This document shows positions 43,533 to 55,281 of a DNA stretch of 64,000 nt, piece after piece (the first letter of the stretch is position 1; every line of letters begins with the position of its first letter). The DNA is from Betaproteobacteria bacterium (GTDB lineage Bacteria > Pseudomonadota > Gammaproteobacteria > Burkholderiales > SHXO01), in the NCBI GenBank assembly GCA_025356655.1, contig JANXRW010000053.1:5518-69517 (forward strand). The letters are read 5' to 3'. Below the pieces are notes generated by a model. The model worked only from the letters and a program-made list of their open reading frames with translations. It searched no databases and had not been told where the DNA came from. The position numbers and the translations under genes are program-made.

Positions 43533-44651
43533 TTAGCCCAGATGAGCGCTGGCGAGGAAGTCAGCGCCCCGCATCTCTACGAGGCGGCTACGAGTTCGTT
43601 CCAGTTCCACGCGCGCTGGAACGCGCGCATAGAGTTCCTCCACGCTCGACTGGGCTGCCGCTACCAGTTTGACATGGCGGTCATAGAACTCGTCGATCAT
43701 CCAAGTGAATCGGCGCATGGCCTCGACGCTCGTGATGTCGAACTGCGGGACCCCGTAAACCAGCACCCCGGCATAGCGGCGAGCGAGTTCGATGTAATCG
43801 GCGGTGCCGCGCGGACCGCCGCACAGCACATCGAAGTCGAACCAAGCGGCCCGCTCGCCTAGGCGAAATGCGGGCAACCCACGGCCTTCGATATGTAGCG
43901 TGCCGCCCGGCCCGTAATCCTCGCCGGCTAGGCGCACGAAGCTGCCTGCCATCGACATGCGTGCGCTGTCTCCGAGCGGCCAGTGCCACACGCCGCTTTG
44001 GGCCAGTGCGGCCAATCGGTAATCCCGCCCAGCATCCAGGTGGTGCACCTGCAACTGCTGCTGCATGAGCGCGATGGCCGGCAGAAACTGGCTACGCTGC
44101 AGACCGTCCCGGTAGAGGCCTTCGGGCGGTTCGTTGGAGGTCACCACCAGGGTAACGCCACGCTCGAAGAGCGCCTCGAGCAATCCACGCATGAGCATCG
44201 CATCGCCGATGTCGGTGATCTGAAGTTCGTCCAGGCACAACAGGCGGGCCTCGCGCACGATCTGATCGGCCACTAGGCGAAGCGGCTCCGCGTGGCCCGC
44301 CGCGCCGCGCAGCCCCGCGTGCAGTTCCTGCATGAACCGGTGGAAATGTACACGCCGCTTGCGCGCCACGGGGGCTTGACGGAAGAACTCATCCATGAGG
44401 AAGCTCTTGCCGCGGCCCACCGAGCCCCAGAGGTAGAGCCCGGTGATGTTGCGGCGGCGGCGCGCAAGCAGCCCAAGGAGGCGCGGCTCGGGACGCTCCA
44501 GGTCCTTAAGCAGGCGCTCAAAAGCACCAATGGCTTCGCGTTGGGCGTCGTCGAGCTCGAAGCCCAGGCGCGCGGCAGCGGCCTGGAATGTGGGCCACGC
44601 ACTGCCCGGCCGGACGCTCGCGGGACGCGCCGCGGCAGAGGAAGTGCTCAA
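43533..44651 (-). CDS. zapE: Cell division protein ZapE (AFG1-like ATPase)
   Basis: The ORF is open from 43533 to 44798, but its upstream part overlaps lpdA. I placed the start provisionally at TTG 44651, giving 372 aa. It has a Walker A motif (LYLWGSVGRGKSFLMD) and a Walker B motif (RLLCLDELQITDIGDA). Confidence 0.8.
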   Translation of the reverse strand: MSTSSAAARPASVRPGSAWPTFQAAAARLGFELDDAQREAIGAFERLLKDLERPEPRLLGLLARRRRNITGLYLWGSVGRGKSFLMDEFFRQAPVARKRRVHFHRFMQELHAGLRGAAGHAEPLRLVADQIVREARLLCLDELQITDIGDAMLMRGLLEALFERGVTLVVTSNEPPEGLYRDGLQRSQFLPAIALMQQQLQVHHLDAGRDYRLAALAQSGVWHWPLGDSARMSMAGSFVRLAGEDYGPGGTLHIEGRGLPAFRLGERAAWFDFDVLCGGPRGTADYIELARRYAGVLVYGVPQFDITSVEAMRRFTWMIDEFYDRHVKLVAAAQSSVEELYARVPARVELERTRSRLVEMRGADFLASAHLG

Positions 44652-44661
44652 CCGGACACCG

Positions 44662-46089
44662 TCAAAGGCTAAGGGTGCGCTTGTGAATGGCCAGTGCCGC
44701 CTCGTGCATCGCTTCGGACAGAGTGGGGTGCGCGTGCACCACGCGCGCGATATCCTCGGAGGAAGCGCCGAATTCGATAGCCAAGACAGCCTCCGCAATG
44801 AGTTCGGACGCGTAGGCGCCCAGGGCGTGCACGCCTAGCACACGGTCGGTGCGAGCGTCAGCGAGCATCTTTACGAAGCCGGCGGTCTCGCCCAGCGCCT
44901 GGGCGCGGCCATTGACCACGAAGGGAAACTGGCCGACTGCATAGGCCACTCCCTCAGCCTTCAACTGCTGCTCTGTCTTGCCCACCCAGGCGATTTCCGG
45001 CCAGGTGTAGATGACCCAAGGAATGGTGTCCAGATTCACGTGGGAGGCCTGGCCGGCGATGGTCTCAGCCACGGCCACGCCCTCTTCCGAGGACTTGTGT
45101 GCCAGCATAGGACCGCGGACCACATCGCCCACAGCATAAACGTTGGGCAGGTTCGAGCGACAATGGCTGTCGACCTCGACGTGACCGCGCGGGTCGAGCT
45201 TCAGCCCAACCGCCTCCACGCCAAGGCCGCCGGTGTTAGGCGCCCGCCCAACGGCGACGATGAGCCGGTCGAAGGCGACGTGCTTGCGCTCGCCCGCCTC
45301 TTCATAGGTCACGGTGACCTCGTCGGCCCCCGGCACCACCGCCTCGACCTTCACGCCAACGCGAATGTCCAGCCCCACGACCCGGGTGAACACCCGGAAC
45401 GCCTCGCGCGATACCTGCTCATCAGCCGCCTGCAGGAAGCCGGACATCGCCTCCAGGATGGTGACCTGTGCGCCCAGGCGGCGCCACACGCTGCCCATTT
45501 CCAGGCCGATGACCCCTGCCCCAATCACGCCTAGGCGTTTGGGCACCTCTGTGAAGGAGAGCGCGCCGACATTGTCGAAGATGCGTCGGCCGTCTACCGG
45601 TGCGCCCGGAAGTTGTCGAGCGGAGGAGCCCGTGGCGATGATCACGTGGGTGGCCTCGATCTGCCGTGTGCGCTCTCCGCCCTGTACCTCCAGGACGTAG
45701 GGCGGGCCAGCGGAGAGGAAGCGACCCCGGCCGTGCAGGGAATCCACTTTGTTTTTCTTGAACAGCAGGGAGATGCCACCGGTGAACCGGTCGACGATGC
45801 GGTCCTTGCGCGCGATCATAGCCGGCACATCGATGCTCAGGCCGGAGACGGTGATCCCGTGATCGGCAAAACTGTGCTGGGCGCGGTACACATTCTCGGA
45901 GGACTCCAGCAAGGCCTTCGATGGGATGCAGCCCACATTCAGACAGGTCCCCCCCAGGCTGGGCCTGCCGTCGGGCTTTTCCCAGTCATCGATGCACACC
46001 GTGCGCAGGCCGAGTTGCGCCGCGCGTATTGCCGCCACATAGCCACCGGGTCCGGCGCCTATGACGGCCACATCGTAGAGCTCACCCAT
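44662..46089 (-). CDS. lpdA: Dihydrolipoyl dehydrogenase (E3)
   Basis: 475 aa. It has an FAD-binding N-terminus ([23 protein letters not shown]) and the redox disulfide motif [13 protein letters not shown]. Confidence 0.95.
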   Translation of the reverse strand: MGELYDVAVIGAGPGGYVAAIRAAQLGLRTVCIDDWEKPDGRPSLGGTCLNVGCIPSKALLESSENVYRAQHSFADHGITVSGLSIDVPAMIARKDRIVDRFTGGISLLFKKNKVDSLHGRGRFLSAGPPYVLEVQGGERTRQIEATHVIIATGSSARQLPGAPVDGRRIFDNVGALSFTEVPKRLGVIGAGVIGLEMGSVWRRLGAQVTILEAMSGFLQAADEQVSREAFRVFTRVVGLDIRVGVKVEAVVPGADEVTVTYEEAGERKHVAFDRLIVAVGRAPNTGGLGVEAVGLKLDPRGHVEVDSHCRSNLPNVYAVGDVVRGPMLAHKSSEEGVAVAETIAGQASHVNLDTIPWVIYTWPEIAWVGKTEQQLKAEGVAYAVGQFPFVVNGRAQALGETAGFVKMLADARTDRVLGVHALGAYASELIAEAVLAIEFGASSEDIARVVHAHPTLSEAMHEAALAIHKRTLSL

Positions 46090-46143
46090 GTTCTTCTGTT
46101 CCCCCTTGGAAGACTGCGTCCCAACCCCGCCTGGTAAAGCGCC

Positions 46144-47352
46144 CTAGAGGTCCAGGAGCAGCCGCGCCGGATCCTCGAGCGCGTCCTTGATGGCCACTAG
46201 GCTGAGCACCGCCTCGCGCCCGTCGATAATGCGGTGGTCGTAGGACATGGCCAGGTAGTTCATGGGCCGAACCACGACTTGGCCGTTTTCCGCCACTGGG
46301 CGATCCTTGGTCGCGTGCACACCCAGGATGGCGCTCTGCGGCGGGTTGATGATGGGGGTCGAGAGCATCGACCCGAACACACCGCCATTGGAAATGGAGA
46401 AAGTCCCGCCGGAGAGTTCCTCGATGGTGAGTTTACCCGCCTGGGCCCGCTTGCCGTACTCGGCGATCTGCTTCTCGATGTCGGCGATGGACATCTGATC
46501 GACGTCGCGCAGGATCGGTACGACCAGCCCGCGCGGGCTCGCCACCGCGATGCCGATATCGAAGTAGCCGTGGTAGACCACGTCATTGCCGTCCACCGAG
46601 GCGTTGACCACGGGATAGCGTTTGAGCGCCTGGACCGCGGCCTTGACGAAAAAGGACATGAACCCCAGACGCACACCGTGGTCCTTCTCGAACTTATCCT
46701 TGTAGCGCGCACGCAGGTCCATCACGGCCTGCATGTTCACCTCGTTGAAGGTGGTCAGTATCGCGGCACTGGCCTGAGACTGCAGGAGCCGCTCGGCCAC
46801 GCGCATGCGCAACCGCGACATGGGCACCCGTTGCTCGGGTCGCTCGCCGCCCACGGCGGCGGCCAACGGAACCGCGACGGCCGGCAGCGCGACCGGGGGA
46901 GGAGTGGCGGCGGCCCGTGCAAGAACGTCCTCCTTGGTGACACGCCCACCCCGGCCGGTGCCCGTGAGCGACGCCGGATCGATCCCGCGCTCGGCCGCAA
47001 TCTTGCGCGCCGCCGGCATCAAGACCACCTCGGCCGTCGCTTGGGTGGCGAGCGCGGCTGCCGGTGCGGCGACGGTCGCGGAAACCACGGGGGCGGCACC
47101 GGCCGTCGCCGTGGCCTCAGTGTCGATCGTGGCAAGCAGGTCACCGCTGGTCACCGTCGCGCCATCGGCCTTGAGGATTTCCGTAATGACACCGGCCGCG
47201 GGCGCCGGAAGGTCCAGCACCACCTTGTCGGTCTCGATCTGGATCAGGTTCTCGTCTCGCTGGACAAAGTCCCCGGGCTTTTTCTGCCATCCCAGCAAGG
47301 TGGCCTCGGCCACGGACTCGGACAACTGAGGTACTTTCACCTCGACACGCAT
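46144..47352 (-). CDS. sucB: Dihydrolipoyllysine-residue succinyltransferase (E2o)
   Basis: 402 aa. It has a lipoyl domain ([13 protein letters not shown]), an Ala/Pro linker, and a catalytic domain ending in [13 protein letters not shown]. Confidence 0.95.
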   Translation of the reverse strand: MRVEVKVPQLSESVAEATLLGWQKKPGDFVQRDENLIQIETDKVVLDLPAPAAGVITEILKADGATVTSGDLLATIDTEATATAGAAPVVSATVAAPAAALATQATAEVVLMPAARKIAAERGIDPASLTGTGRGGRVTKEDVLARAAATPPPVALPAVAVPLAAAVGGERPEQRVPMSRLRMRVAERLLQSQASAAILTTFNEVNMQAVMDLRARYKDKFEKDHGVRLGFMSFFVKAAVQALKRYPVVNASVDGNDVVYHGYFDIGIAVASPRGLVVPILRDVDQMSIADIEKQIAEYGKRAQAGKLTIEELSGGTFSISNGGVFGSMLSTPIINPPQSAILGVHATKDRPVAENGQVVVRPMNYLAMSYDHRIIDGREAVLSLVAIKDALEDPARLLLDL

Positions 47353-47400
47353 GGTTTCTCCTGGATCATGGACCGGCGCGCCCAGGCGCCAGTGGGAGCG

Positions 47401-50244
47401 TCAGACACCGTGGGTGAGCGCCGCTAGCACCACGGCCTTCTGCTGCTCGTTGTGAAGAGACAGGTAACCCACGGCCGGGGACGCCGATGAGGGCCGCAGC
47501 GCGTAGGAGAGCTTCTGGCCAGCACTCAGATGGCGCAGCAGATAGTGTTGGATCCGGTGCCAAGCCCCCTGGTTCCCGGGTTCCTCCTGGCACCAAACGA
47601 CCTCGCGTGCGTTGGGATAGATGGCCAGGCAAGCCTTGAAAGCGTCGTGGGGGAAGGGATAGAGCTGCTCGATGCGCACGATGGCAATGTCGTCGATGCC
47701 CTGATCGCGTCGCGCCGCGCGCACGTCGTAGTAGACCTTGCCGCTGCAACACACGACGCGGGTAACCTTCGTCGCGTCGAGATCGTCGGTTTCGTCGATC
47801 ACCGGCGCGAACCCCCCGGTGGCAAGCTCCTCGAGGCTCGAGACGGACTCCTTGTGGCGGAGCATGCTCTTCGGGCTCATGATGATGAGCGGCTTGCGGT
47901 AGGCTCGAAGCATCTGTCGGCGCAACAGGTGGAACATCTGCGCTGGGGTTGAAGGGACCACCACTTGCATGTTGTAGTCCGCACACAGTTGCATGAAGCG
48001 CTCGAGGCGCGCGGAGGAGTGCTCAGGGCCCTGCCCCTCGTACCCATGCGGCAGCATCAGAACCAAGCCGCACATGCGCCCCCACTTCACCTCTCCTGAG
48101 GCGATGAACTGATCGATCACGACCTGGGCACCGTTGACGAAATCGCCAAATTGCCCTTCCCATATCACCAACTCGTTGGGGCCGGCCGTTGAATAGCCAT
48201 ACTCGAACCCCAACACGGCTTCCTCGGACAGCACGGAGTCGATGACGAGAAAATCCGGCTGGTTTTCGGCGATGTGCTGAAGGGGCGTATAGGTGCCCGC
48301 GTCCCAACGCTCACGGGCCTGGTCATGCAGGACGGCATGGCGATGGAAGAAGGTCCCACGCCCGCTGTCCTGGCCAGACACCCGCACCGGATAGCCATCC
48401 TTGAGCAGTGCGGCGTAGGCCAGGTTCTCTGCCATGCCCCAATCGAGCGGCAACTGCCCAAGCCCCATCTGACGGCGGTCGGCGATGACTTTCTCTACCC
48501 GGGAGTGCAGCTTGAAGTTAGGCGGTAGTGTGCTCAGCTTTTCTGCCAGTTGCTTCAACTCCGCCAGCGGCACTGAGGTGTCTGCCGCCTGCGTCCACGG
48601 TGTCCCGCGGTACTTCTCCCAATCCGGCGCGTAAGGGGGGTGGTAGTTGGAGAGAATCGTTTTGTTGGTGTGATAGCCTGCATCCATCGCGGCGCGGTAG
48701 GCTCGGTCGAGTTCCTGCGCATCCTCAGCGCTGATCACCCCCTGGTCGACCAAGCGGTCCGCGTAGAGCTTGCGCGTTCCCGGGTGCTGGTTGACCGACT
48801 TGTACATGAGGGGCTGGGTCACGAGCGGCTCGTCCTGCTCGTTGTGACCGTGCCGCCGAAAGCATACGAGGTCAACCACCACGTCCTTGTGAAACTGGTT
48901 GCGGAAGTCCACGGCGATCTCGGTCACCAAGAGGACGGCCTCCGGATCATCGGCGTTCACGTGGAACACGGGCGCCTCGATCATCTTGACGATGTCCGTG
49001 CAATAGATGGTTGAGCGCACGTCGCGAGTGTCCGACGTGGTGAACCCGATCTGGTTGTTCACGATCACGTGGATGCTGCCGCCGGTGCGATAACCACGCG
49101 TCTGCGACAGGTTCAGCGTCTCCATCACGACGCCCTGGCCCGCGAAGGCGGCATCGCCGTGGATCAGCACCGGCAGCACTTGGGTGCCGTCACGGTCGCG
49201 GCGACGGTGCTGGCGGGCGCGTACCGACCCCTCGACCACCGGATTGACGATTTCCAAATGCGAGGGATTGAAGGCCAACGCCAGGTGCATCGGACCGCCA
49301 GGGGTGATGATGTCCGAGGAGAAGCCCTGGTGGTACTTCACGTCGCCCGAGGGCATGGCGACGGCGTCTTTGTGCCCCTTGCCTTCGAATTCCGAGAATA
49401 GGTCCTTGGGCATCTTGCCCATGGTGTTCACCAGGACATTCAACCGCCCCCGGTGAGCCATGCCGATTACCGTCTCCTGGATACCCTGCTGGCCAGCGCG
49501 CTGCAGCAGCGTGTCTAGCAGTGGGATCAGCGTGTCACCGCCTTCCAAGGAGAAGCGCTTTTGTCCCACATAGCGCGTGTGCAGATACTTCTCCAAAGTC
49601 TCCGCCGCCGTCAGGCGCTCCAGGATGTGGCGGCGTACATCGGGCGAGAACGACGGCTGCGAGCGCACCGATTCAAAGCGCGACTGGATCCAGCGCTTCT
49701 GCTCACCATCACTGATGTACATGTACTCGATGCCGATGGACCCGCAGTAGGTATCGCGCAACGCGCGCAGGATTTCGCGCAGGGGCAGTTGCGCCGATCC
49801 GGAGAGGAATCCCGTTCCGAACACGAGCCCCAAATCCGACTCGCCCAATCCATAGTGTCCCGGCTCTAGTTCGGGAATCTCTACCCGCGTTGCGCGCTTG
49901 AGCGGGTCTAGGTTGGCCAGGCGCAACCCAAGGAACCGGTAGGCGTTGATCAGTTGAAGAACCGCGACTTGCTTGCGGTCGTGTTCGGCTCGAGCGCCGG
50001 CCGCGGGCGCGTGGGCAGCGGCGTCCGGACGCCGGGAGGCCAAGCGCACGAAAGCGTCGCGCACCGGTGCGTGCGCCACGTCCCGGGGAGCAGGACCGCC
50101 TTGGAGTTGATCAAAGTAGGCGCGCCACTGCTGCGGCACCGACTCGGGGCTGTCTAGATAGACCTCGTAGAGTTCCTCGATGAACGGGGCGTTGCCCCCG
50201 AACAGGTGCGAACTGGAAAGGTACTCCTTCATCAGCGCCGCCAT
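47401..50244 (-). CDS. sucA: 2-oxoglutarate dehydrogenase E1 component
   Basis: 947 aa with a typical SucA N-terminus (SSSHLFGGNAPFIEELYEVYL) and length. Confidence 0.95.
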   Translation of the reverse strand: MAALMKEYLSSSHLFGGNAPFIEELYEVYLDSPESVPQQWRAYFDQLQGGPAPRDVAHAPVRDAFVRLASRRPDAAAHAPAAGARAEHDRKQVAVLQLINAYRFLGLRLANLDPLKRATRVEIPELEPGHYGLGESDLGLVFGTGFLSGSAQLPLREILRALRDTYCGSIGIEYMYISDGEQKRWIQSRFESVRSQPSFSPDVRRHILERLTAAETLEKYLHTRYVGQKRFSLEGGDTLIPLLDTLLQRAGQQGIQETVIGMAHRGRLNVLVNTMGKMPKDLFSEFEGKGHKDAVAMPSGDVKYHQGFSSDIITPGGPMHLALAFNPSHLEIVNPVVEGSVRARQHRRRDRDGTQVLPVLIHGDAAFAGQGVVMETLNLSQTRGYRTGGSIHVIVNNQIGFTTSDTRDVRSTIYCTDIVKMIEAPVFHVNADDPEAVLLVTEIAVDFRNQFHKDVVVDLVCFRRHGHNEQDEPLVTQPLMYKSVNQHPGTRKLYADRLVDQGVISAEDAQELDRAYRAAMDAGYHTNKTILSNYHPPYAPDWEKYRGTPWTQAADTSVPLAELKQLAEKLSTLPPNFKLHSRVEKVIADRRQMGLGQLPLDWGMAENLAYAALLKDGYPVRVSGQDSGRGTFFHRHAVLHDQARERWDAGTYTPLQHIAENQPDFLVIDSVLSEEAVLGFEYGYSTAGPNELVIWEGQFGDFVNGAQVVIDQFIASGEVKWGRMCGLVLMLPHGYEGQGPEHSSARLERFMQLCADYNMQVVVPSTPAQMFHLLRRQMLRAYRKPLIIMSPKSMLRHKESVSSLEELATGGFAPVIDETDDLDATKVTRVVCCSGKVYYDVRAARRDQGIDDIAIVRIEQLYPFPHDAFKACLAIYPNAREVVWCQEEPGNQGAWHRIQHYLLRHLSAGQKLSYALRPSSASPAVGYLSLHNEQQKAVVLAALTHGV

Positions 50245-50316
50245 CTGCCGCTCCTTCGATTCGTTGGTCGGGGCGGGCCTGCGCCGTATGGCGGGCCCCT
50301 GGGCCTGCGTTCTGGA

Positions 50317-51618
50317 TCAGCCGCGCCGTGGCAGCGGCAGGAATTCCCGTGCGGGAGCCCCGGTGAAGAGTTGGCGGGGACGCCCGATCTTTTGCTCGGG
50401 ATCGCCGATCATCTCGTTCCACTGCGCGATCCAGCCAACCGTCCGCGCCACCGCGAAGATAGCGGTGAACATGCTCGTGGGAATACCCAGCGCACGCTGC
50501 ACGATGCCGGAGTAGAAATCCACATTGGGATAGAGCTTCTTGTCGACGAAGTACTCGTCCTCCAGCGCAATCTTCTCCAGTGCGAGCGCCAGTTTGAAGA
50601 GCGGGTCGTTATGCAGACCCAGTTCCCCCAGGACCTCGTGGCAGGTCTCGCGCATGAGAGTGGCTCGCGGATCGAAGCTCTTGTAGACGCGGTGGCCAAA
50701 TCCCATCAGGCGGAACTCGTCATTCTTGTCCTTGGCACGCTCGATGTAATGACCGATGCGGCTCACGTCACCGATCTCTTCGAGCATGTTAAGGCAGGCT
50801 TCGTTGGCCCCGCCGTGAGCAGGCCCCCAGAGGCAGGCGATGCCGGCGGCGATACAAGCGAAGGGGTTGGCTCCGCTCGACCCGGCAAGCCGCACCGTGG
50901 AGGTCGAGGCGTTCTGTTCGTGATCCGCGTGCAGGATCAAAATGCGATCCAGGGCCCGAGCCAGGATGGGGTTCGGGACATAGGCTTCGGCCGGGGTACC
51001 GAACATCATGTGCAGAAAGTTCTCCGCGTAGCCCAAGCTGTTGCGCGGATACATAAAGGGCTGCCCCACGGTGTATTTGTAGCACATGGCGGCGATGGTC
51101 GGGACCTTCGCGATCAGCCGGATGGCCGATATCTCCCGGTGCTCGGCGTTGTTGATGTCCAGTGAGTCGTGGTAGAAAGCCGACAACGCCCCCACAACGC
51201 CCACCATAACCGCCATGGGATGCGCGTCGCGTCGGAAACCGGAGTAGAAGCGGGCAAGTTGCTCGTGGACCATCGTGTGCTGGGTGATGCGCCCCACCCA
51301 GTCGTCCTTGGCAGCGGCGTTGGGCAACTCGCCCTTGAGCAGCAGGTAGGCCACCTCGAGGAAGCTGCACGAACGCGCCAATTGCTCGATGGGGTAACCG
51401 CGGTAGAGCAAAATCCCGGCATCCCCATCGATGTACGTGATGCCGGAGCGGCAAGCCGCCGTGGACATGAAGCCTGGATCGTAGGTGAACTTGCCGGTCT
51501 TGCCATAGAGCGGACGGATATCGATGACATCAGGTCCCACGCTCCCGGTCAAGATCGGCAGATCCAGTGCGGGGGTTGCGTCGCTGAAAGTGAGCGTTAC
51601 CTTCTGCTGCTGATCCAT
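50317..51618 (-). CDS. gltA: Citrate synthase (type II)
   Basis: ORF 50317..51642; the ATG at 51618 ([37 protein letters not shown]) aligns with the E. coli GltA N-terminus and has GAGGA upstream. 51642 is an alternative start. Confidence 0.9.
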   Translation of the reverse strand: MDQQQKVTLTFSDATPALDLPILTGSVGPDVIDIRPLYGKTGKFTYDPGFMSTAACRSGITYIDGDAGILLYRGYPIEQLARSCSFLEVAYLLLKGELPNAAAKDDWVGRITQHTMVHEQLARFYSGFRRDAHPMAVMVGVVGALSAFYHDSLDINNAEHREISAIRLIAKVPTIAAMCYKYTVGQPFMYPRNSLGYAENFLHMMFGTPAEAYVPNPILARALDRILILHADHEQNASTSTVRLAGSSGANPFACIAAGIACLWGPAHGGANEACLNMLEEIGDVSRIGHYIERAKDKNDEFRLMGFGHRVYKSFDPRATLMRETCHEVLGELGLHNDPLFKLALALEKIALEDEYFVDKKLYPNVDFYSGIVQRALGIPTSMFTAIFAVARTVGWIAQWNEMIGDPEQKIGRPRQLFTGAPAREFLPLPRRG

Positions 51619-51695
51619 GGCGTCCTCGGGAGCGTTCATCATCCAATGCGCTGGATTTTACCTTGCGCCGCGCAAAAACACAGCCCAGGGGCATA

Positions 51696-51956
51696 TCAGG
51701 CCTTCCGAATCAGGTTCAGTAGGCACCGCTGGTCGTCCGCCAGCACCTCGCCTCTGCCGGAGACCAGATCCCACAGGTCGTTGTCGGTGTGACCGAGTAG
51801 CGCCTCAAAAGCCCCGAGTTGTGCCTCGCCCATCCCGCTCAGGTGCTGGGCTAGGAAGCGACCCAGGATCAAGTCGAGTTCGAGCAACCCCCGCCGGCAA
51901 TGCCAGCGGATGCGCTCGCGCCGCACGCGATCTTCATCTGCGTCGCCCCCAGGCAC
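51696..51956 (-). CDS. sdhE: Succinate dehydrogenase assembly factor 2 (SdhE/FAD assembly factor)
   Basis: 86 aa with a GTG start. It carries the signature RIRWHCRRGLLELDLIL and lies between sdhB and gltA. Confidence 0.8.
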   Translation of the reverse strand: MPGGDADEDRVRRERIRWHCRRGLLELDLILGRFLAQHLSGMGEAQLGAFEALLGHTDNDLWDLVSGRGEVLADDQRCLLNLIRKA

Positions 51957-51966
51957 GGAGCCGGGC

Positions 51967-52662
51967 CTAAACGGTGCGACGCACCATCAGCTCCTTGATG
52001 CGGCCGATGGCTAGCGTGGGATTCAGACCCTTGGGGCAGACGTCCACGCAGTTCATGATGGAGTGGCAGCGGAACAAACGGTAGGGGTCCTCCAAGTTAT
52101 CCAAGCGTTCCGAGGTGGTCTGATCTCTACTATCGGCGAGAAACCGATAGGCTTGAAGCAGTCCTGCGGGGCCGACGAACTTGTCCGGATTCCACCAGAA
52201 AGAAGGGCAGGAGGTGCTGCAGCAAGCGCACAGGATGCACTCGTACAAGCCATCGAGTTCCGCGCGCTGGGCGGGGGTCTGCAGCCGTTCCTTTTCCGGC
52301 GGTGCCTCGCTGTTGTCCAGGTAAGGCTTCACCGAGTGGTATTGTTTGAAGAACTGCGTCATGTCGACGATCAGGTCGCGGATCACCGGCAAGCCAGGCA
52401 GGGGGCGCAGTTCCACCGGTTCCTTCAGGTCGGAGAGCCGGGTGACGCAGGCGAGGCCGTTACGGCCATTGATGTTCATGGCATCGGACCCGCACACGCC
52501 CTCGCGACAGGAGCGGCGCAGCGCCAGCGAATCGTCCTGGGCCTTGATCCGTATAAGCGCATCGAGCAGCATTCGATCCGTGGGCTCGAGCGCGAGTTCG
52601 TAGTCCTTCATGTAGGGCTTTTCGTCGACGTCCGGGTCGTAGCGGAAGATTCGGAATCGCAT
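51967..52662 (-). CDS. sdhB: Succinate dehydrogenase iron-sulfur subunit
   Basis: 231 aa. It aligns by eye with E. coli SdhB (SCREGVCGSDAMNINGRNGLAC, YECILCACCSTSCPSFWWNPDKF, CHSIMNCVDVCPKGLNP). Confidence 0.95.
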   Translation of the reverse strand: MRFRIFRYDPDVDEKPYMKDYELALEPTDRMLLDALIRIKAQDDSLALRRSCREGVCGSDAMNINGRNGLACVTRLSDLKEPVELRPLPGLPVIRDLIVDMTQFFKQYHSVKPYLDNSEAPPEKERLQTPAQRAELDGLYECILCACCSTSCPSFWWNPDKFVGPAGLLQAYRFLADSRDQTTSERLDNLEDPYRLFRCHSIMNCVDVCPKGLNPTLAIGRIKELMVRRTV

Positions 52663-52726
52663 GGTGACCTTTGCTTGGCTTATTTGTCAGGCGGACCGGC
52701 CGCGGCCAGTCCGATGGCGATGGGTT

Positions 52727-54490
52727 CTAGTAGGTCCGCACCTTGGGCTCGAAGCTGGCAGCCGTCAGCGGCTTGAGATGAACCGGCTTGTACTCCATCC
52801 GGTCACCGTCCTGGTACCAGAGGCTATGCTTGAGCCAGTTCACGTCATCGCGCTGGTGGAAGTCGGCGCGGTCATGGGCGCCGCGGGTCTCCTTGCGGGC
52901 CTCCGCCGAAACCATGGTGGATCGGGCCACCTCGATCAAGTTATCCAACTCCAGCGCCTCAATGCGCGCGGTGTTGAAGGTCTTGCTCTTGTCCTTGATC
53001 CCCGTATGCTTCGCCCGCTCGGAGACCTCGCGGATGCGCCGGACCCCTTCGACGAGCATGTCCGGGAATCGGAAGACCCCGGCGTGCGCCTGCATCACGC
53101 GGCGCATCTCCCCGCCCACCTCGTACACGCTCTCGCCGGAGGTCTGGCTCTCCAGCCGGGCGAGCCGCGAGCGCGTAAGTTCGCTGGCGTCACCGGGGAG
53201 TTCGCGGTGGCCGAGGTTCGCGCGCAGGTACTGGACCATCCGCTCGCCGCTAGCCTTGCCAAAAACGAGCAAGTCGGTGAGCGAGTTGGTGCCGAGGCGG
53301 TTCGCACCGTGGACCGAGGCACAGGCGCATTCCCCAGCCGCGTAGAACCCCTCCACTACCACCTCTGGTTTGCCATCCCGGGGAGCGACCACCTCGCCGT
53401 GGTAATTCGTGGGTATGCCCCCCATCTGGTAGTGGCAGGTGGGTACGACGGGGATGGGCTCCTTGACGGGGTCCACGTTGGCGAACTTGCGCGCGATCTC
53501 CCGGATGCCCGGCAAGCGCTTCTCGATGACGTCCTCGCCCAGGTGGTCGAGTTTGAGCAGGATGTAATCCTTGTCCTTGCCCGCGCCACGGCCCTCCTTG
53601 ATTTCCGTAGCCATGGCCCGCGAGACCACATCCCGGCTGGCCAGATCTTTCATGGTGGGCGCGTAGCGCTCCATGAAACGCTCGCCGCGCTCGTTGAGCA
53701 GGTAACCGCCCTCCCCACGCACACCCTCGGTGATCAGCACGCCGGCGCCGGCCACGCCGGTGGGGTGAAACTGCCAGAACTCCATGTCCTCGAGCGGAAT
53801 CCCAGCACGCGCTGCCATTCCGAGACCGTCCCCGGTATTGATGTAGGCATTGGTGCTCGCTGCGTAGATCCGCCCTGCCCCGCCGGTGGCGAAGAGCGTG
53901 GCGCGCGCCTGGAACAGGGACACCTCTCCTGTTTCCATCTCCAGGGCGGTCACACCCAGTACCTCACCACCCGGACCGCGCACCAGGTCCAGGGCCATCC
54001 ACTCCACGAGAAAGTGGGTATGGGCCCGCACATTGCGCTGGTATAGCGTGTGGAGCATGGCGTGCCCGGTGCGGTCGGCGGCGCAACAACTGCGCTGCAC
54101 GGGCCGCTCCCCGAAATTTTGCGAATGCCCGCCGAAGGGACGCTGGTACACGGTCCCGTCTTCATTGCGGTCGAAGGGCATGCCATAGTGCTCGAGTTCG
54201 TAGACGCCCTCGGGCGCCTTGCGGCACAGGAACTCGATGGCGTCCTGGTCCCCCAAGTAGTCCGAACCTTTGATGGTGTCGTACATGTGCCAGAGCCAGT
54301 TGTCCTCGCCCATGTTGCCCAGCGCAGCGCCGATCCCCCCCTGGGCTGCTACGGTGTGGGAACGGGTGGGAAACACCTTGGACAGGACCGCCACCTTGAA
54401 GCCGGCCTCGGCCAGTTGTAGGGACGCCCGCATGCCAGCGCCGCCCGCCCCCACGATTACTGCATCAAATTTCCGCACGGAAAAATTCAT
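52727..54490 (-). CDS. sdhA: Succinate dehydrogenase flavoprotein subunit
   Basis: ORF 52727..54532 was trimmed to the ATG at 54490 ([24 protein letters not shown]). The covalent FAD His region is [13 protein letters not shown]. Confidence 0.95.
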   Translation of the reverse strand: MNFSVRKFDAVIVGAGGAGMRASLQLAEAGFKVAVLSKVFPTRSHTVAAQGGIGAALGNMGEDNWLWHMYDTIKGSDYLGDQDAIEFLCRKAPEGVYELEHYGMPFDRNEDGTVYQRPFGGHSQNFGERPVQRSCCAADRTGHAMLHTLYQRNVRAHTHFLVEWMALDLVRGPGGEVLGVTALEMETGEVSLFQARATLFATGGAGRIYAASTNAYINTGDGLGMAARAGIPLEDMEFWQFHPTGVAGAGVLITEGVRGEGGYLLNERGERFMERYAPTMKDLASRDVVSRAMATEIKEGRGAGKDKDYILLKLDHLGEDVIEKRLPGIREIARKFANVDPVKEPIPVVPTCHYQMGGIPTNYHGEVVAPRDGKPEVVVEGFYAAGECACASVHGANRLGTNSLTDLLVFGKASGERMVQYLRANLGHRELPGDASELTRSRLARLESQTSGESVYEVGGEMRRVMQAHAGVFRFPDMLVEGVRRIREVSERAKHTGIKDKSKTFNTARIEALELDNLIEVARSTMVSAEARKETRGAHDRADFHQRDDVNWLKHSLWYQDGDRMEYKPVHLKPLTAASFEPKVRTY

Positions 54491-54494
54491 CGCT

Positions 54495-54842
54495 TCAGGC
54501 GCTCCACAGAATTTCCAAGGCCCAGAGCGCATAGGCCGCTAGGCAGACGATGACCAGCACCTCCAGGGAGAGGCGCAGAATCGTCGCCTGGATGTAGTCC
54601 ATCAGGATGTCGCGCATGCCCACCCACGCGTGATAGAAAAGCGCGGTGAAGAAGAGCGCGGTGAGCACGCGCATCCCCTGCAGGGTGAAGATCGCCCGCC
54701 ACCCTTCGTAGCCCTGGGGCTGCACCGCGAGGAGCACGATGACCAAAAGCAGGAGGTACAGGGCCATAAAAATGGCGGTTACTCGCTGCCCCAGCCAGTC
54801 ACGCAAGCCGTAGTGGGCTCCGACCACAACGCGCTTCACCAT
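54495..54842 (-). CDS. sdhD: Succinate dehydrogenase membrane anchor subunit
   Basis: 115 aa with three hydrophobic helices, positioned between sdhC and sdhA. Confidence 0.85.
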   Translation of the reverse strand: MVKRVVVGAHYGLRDWLGQRVTAIFMALYLLLLVIVLLAVQPQGYEGWRAIFTLQGMRVLTALFFTALFYHAWVGMRDILMDYIQATILRLSLEVLVIVCLAAYALWALEILWSA

Positions 54843-55213
54843 AACCAGGCTCCAAGCGCGGCGGTGAGGATCACACCAGCAGCGAGGCAGAGTCGGGCGG
54901 TGGCACGGGCGACGGGCAAACTGGTGCCGCGATGGAAATCCAGTGCGAGGAAACGCAGGCCAGCGAAGAGATGGTGCAGTAGCGCCCAGAGCAGGCCAAT
55001 CAGCACCAATTTGACCAGTGGTTGAGCGAGGGTTTCGCGCAGTTGTGCGTAACTCTCGGCCGAGCGCAGGGTCTGCTGAAATAGGGAGAGTATCAGCGGC
55101 AGCATCAGGAACATTCCCGCTCCGCTCACGCGATGTAGGATCGATAGCACGCCAGGCAGTGGCAGCCGTATTTTGGTGAGGTCTAGGTGCTTCGGGCGTT
55201 TCCTGGGATCCAT
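54836..55213 (-). CDS. sdhC: Succinate dehydrogenase cytochrome b556 subunit
   Basis: ORF 54836..55285 was trimmed to the ATG at 55213 (MDPRKRPKHLDLTKIRLPLPGVLSILHRVSG). It overlaps the sdhD start by 7 nt. Confidence 0.85.
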   Translation of the reverse strand: MDPRKRPKHLDLTKIRLPLPGVLSILHRVSGAGMFLMLPLILSLFQQTLRSAESYAQLRETLAQPLVKLVLIGLLWALLHHLFAGLRFLALDFHRGTSLPVARATARLCLAAGVILTAALGAWLW

Positions 55214-55281
55214 TTCAGGTTCTCGACTCCTTGTGGGACAGGGCCTGGGCCCCATCGGGACGGCGTAGGCCAGCGGCGAAC

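Noticed and set aside
52661-54046. Long antisense ORFs opposite sdhA (this one), prpE (41237..42349), acnA (59573..60634, 60932..62194), hflX (8079..9122) and the GH2 gene (3116..4252).
   Set aside because: All lie opposite strongly supported conserved genes and have low-complexity Arg/Gly/His-rich translations. They are stop-codon-poor antisense frames, as expected in high-GC DNA.
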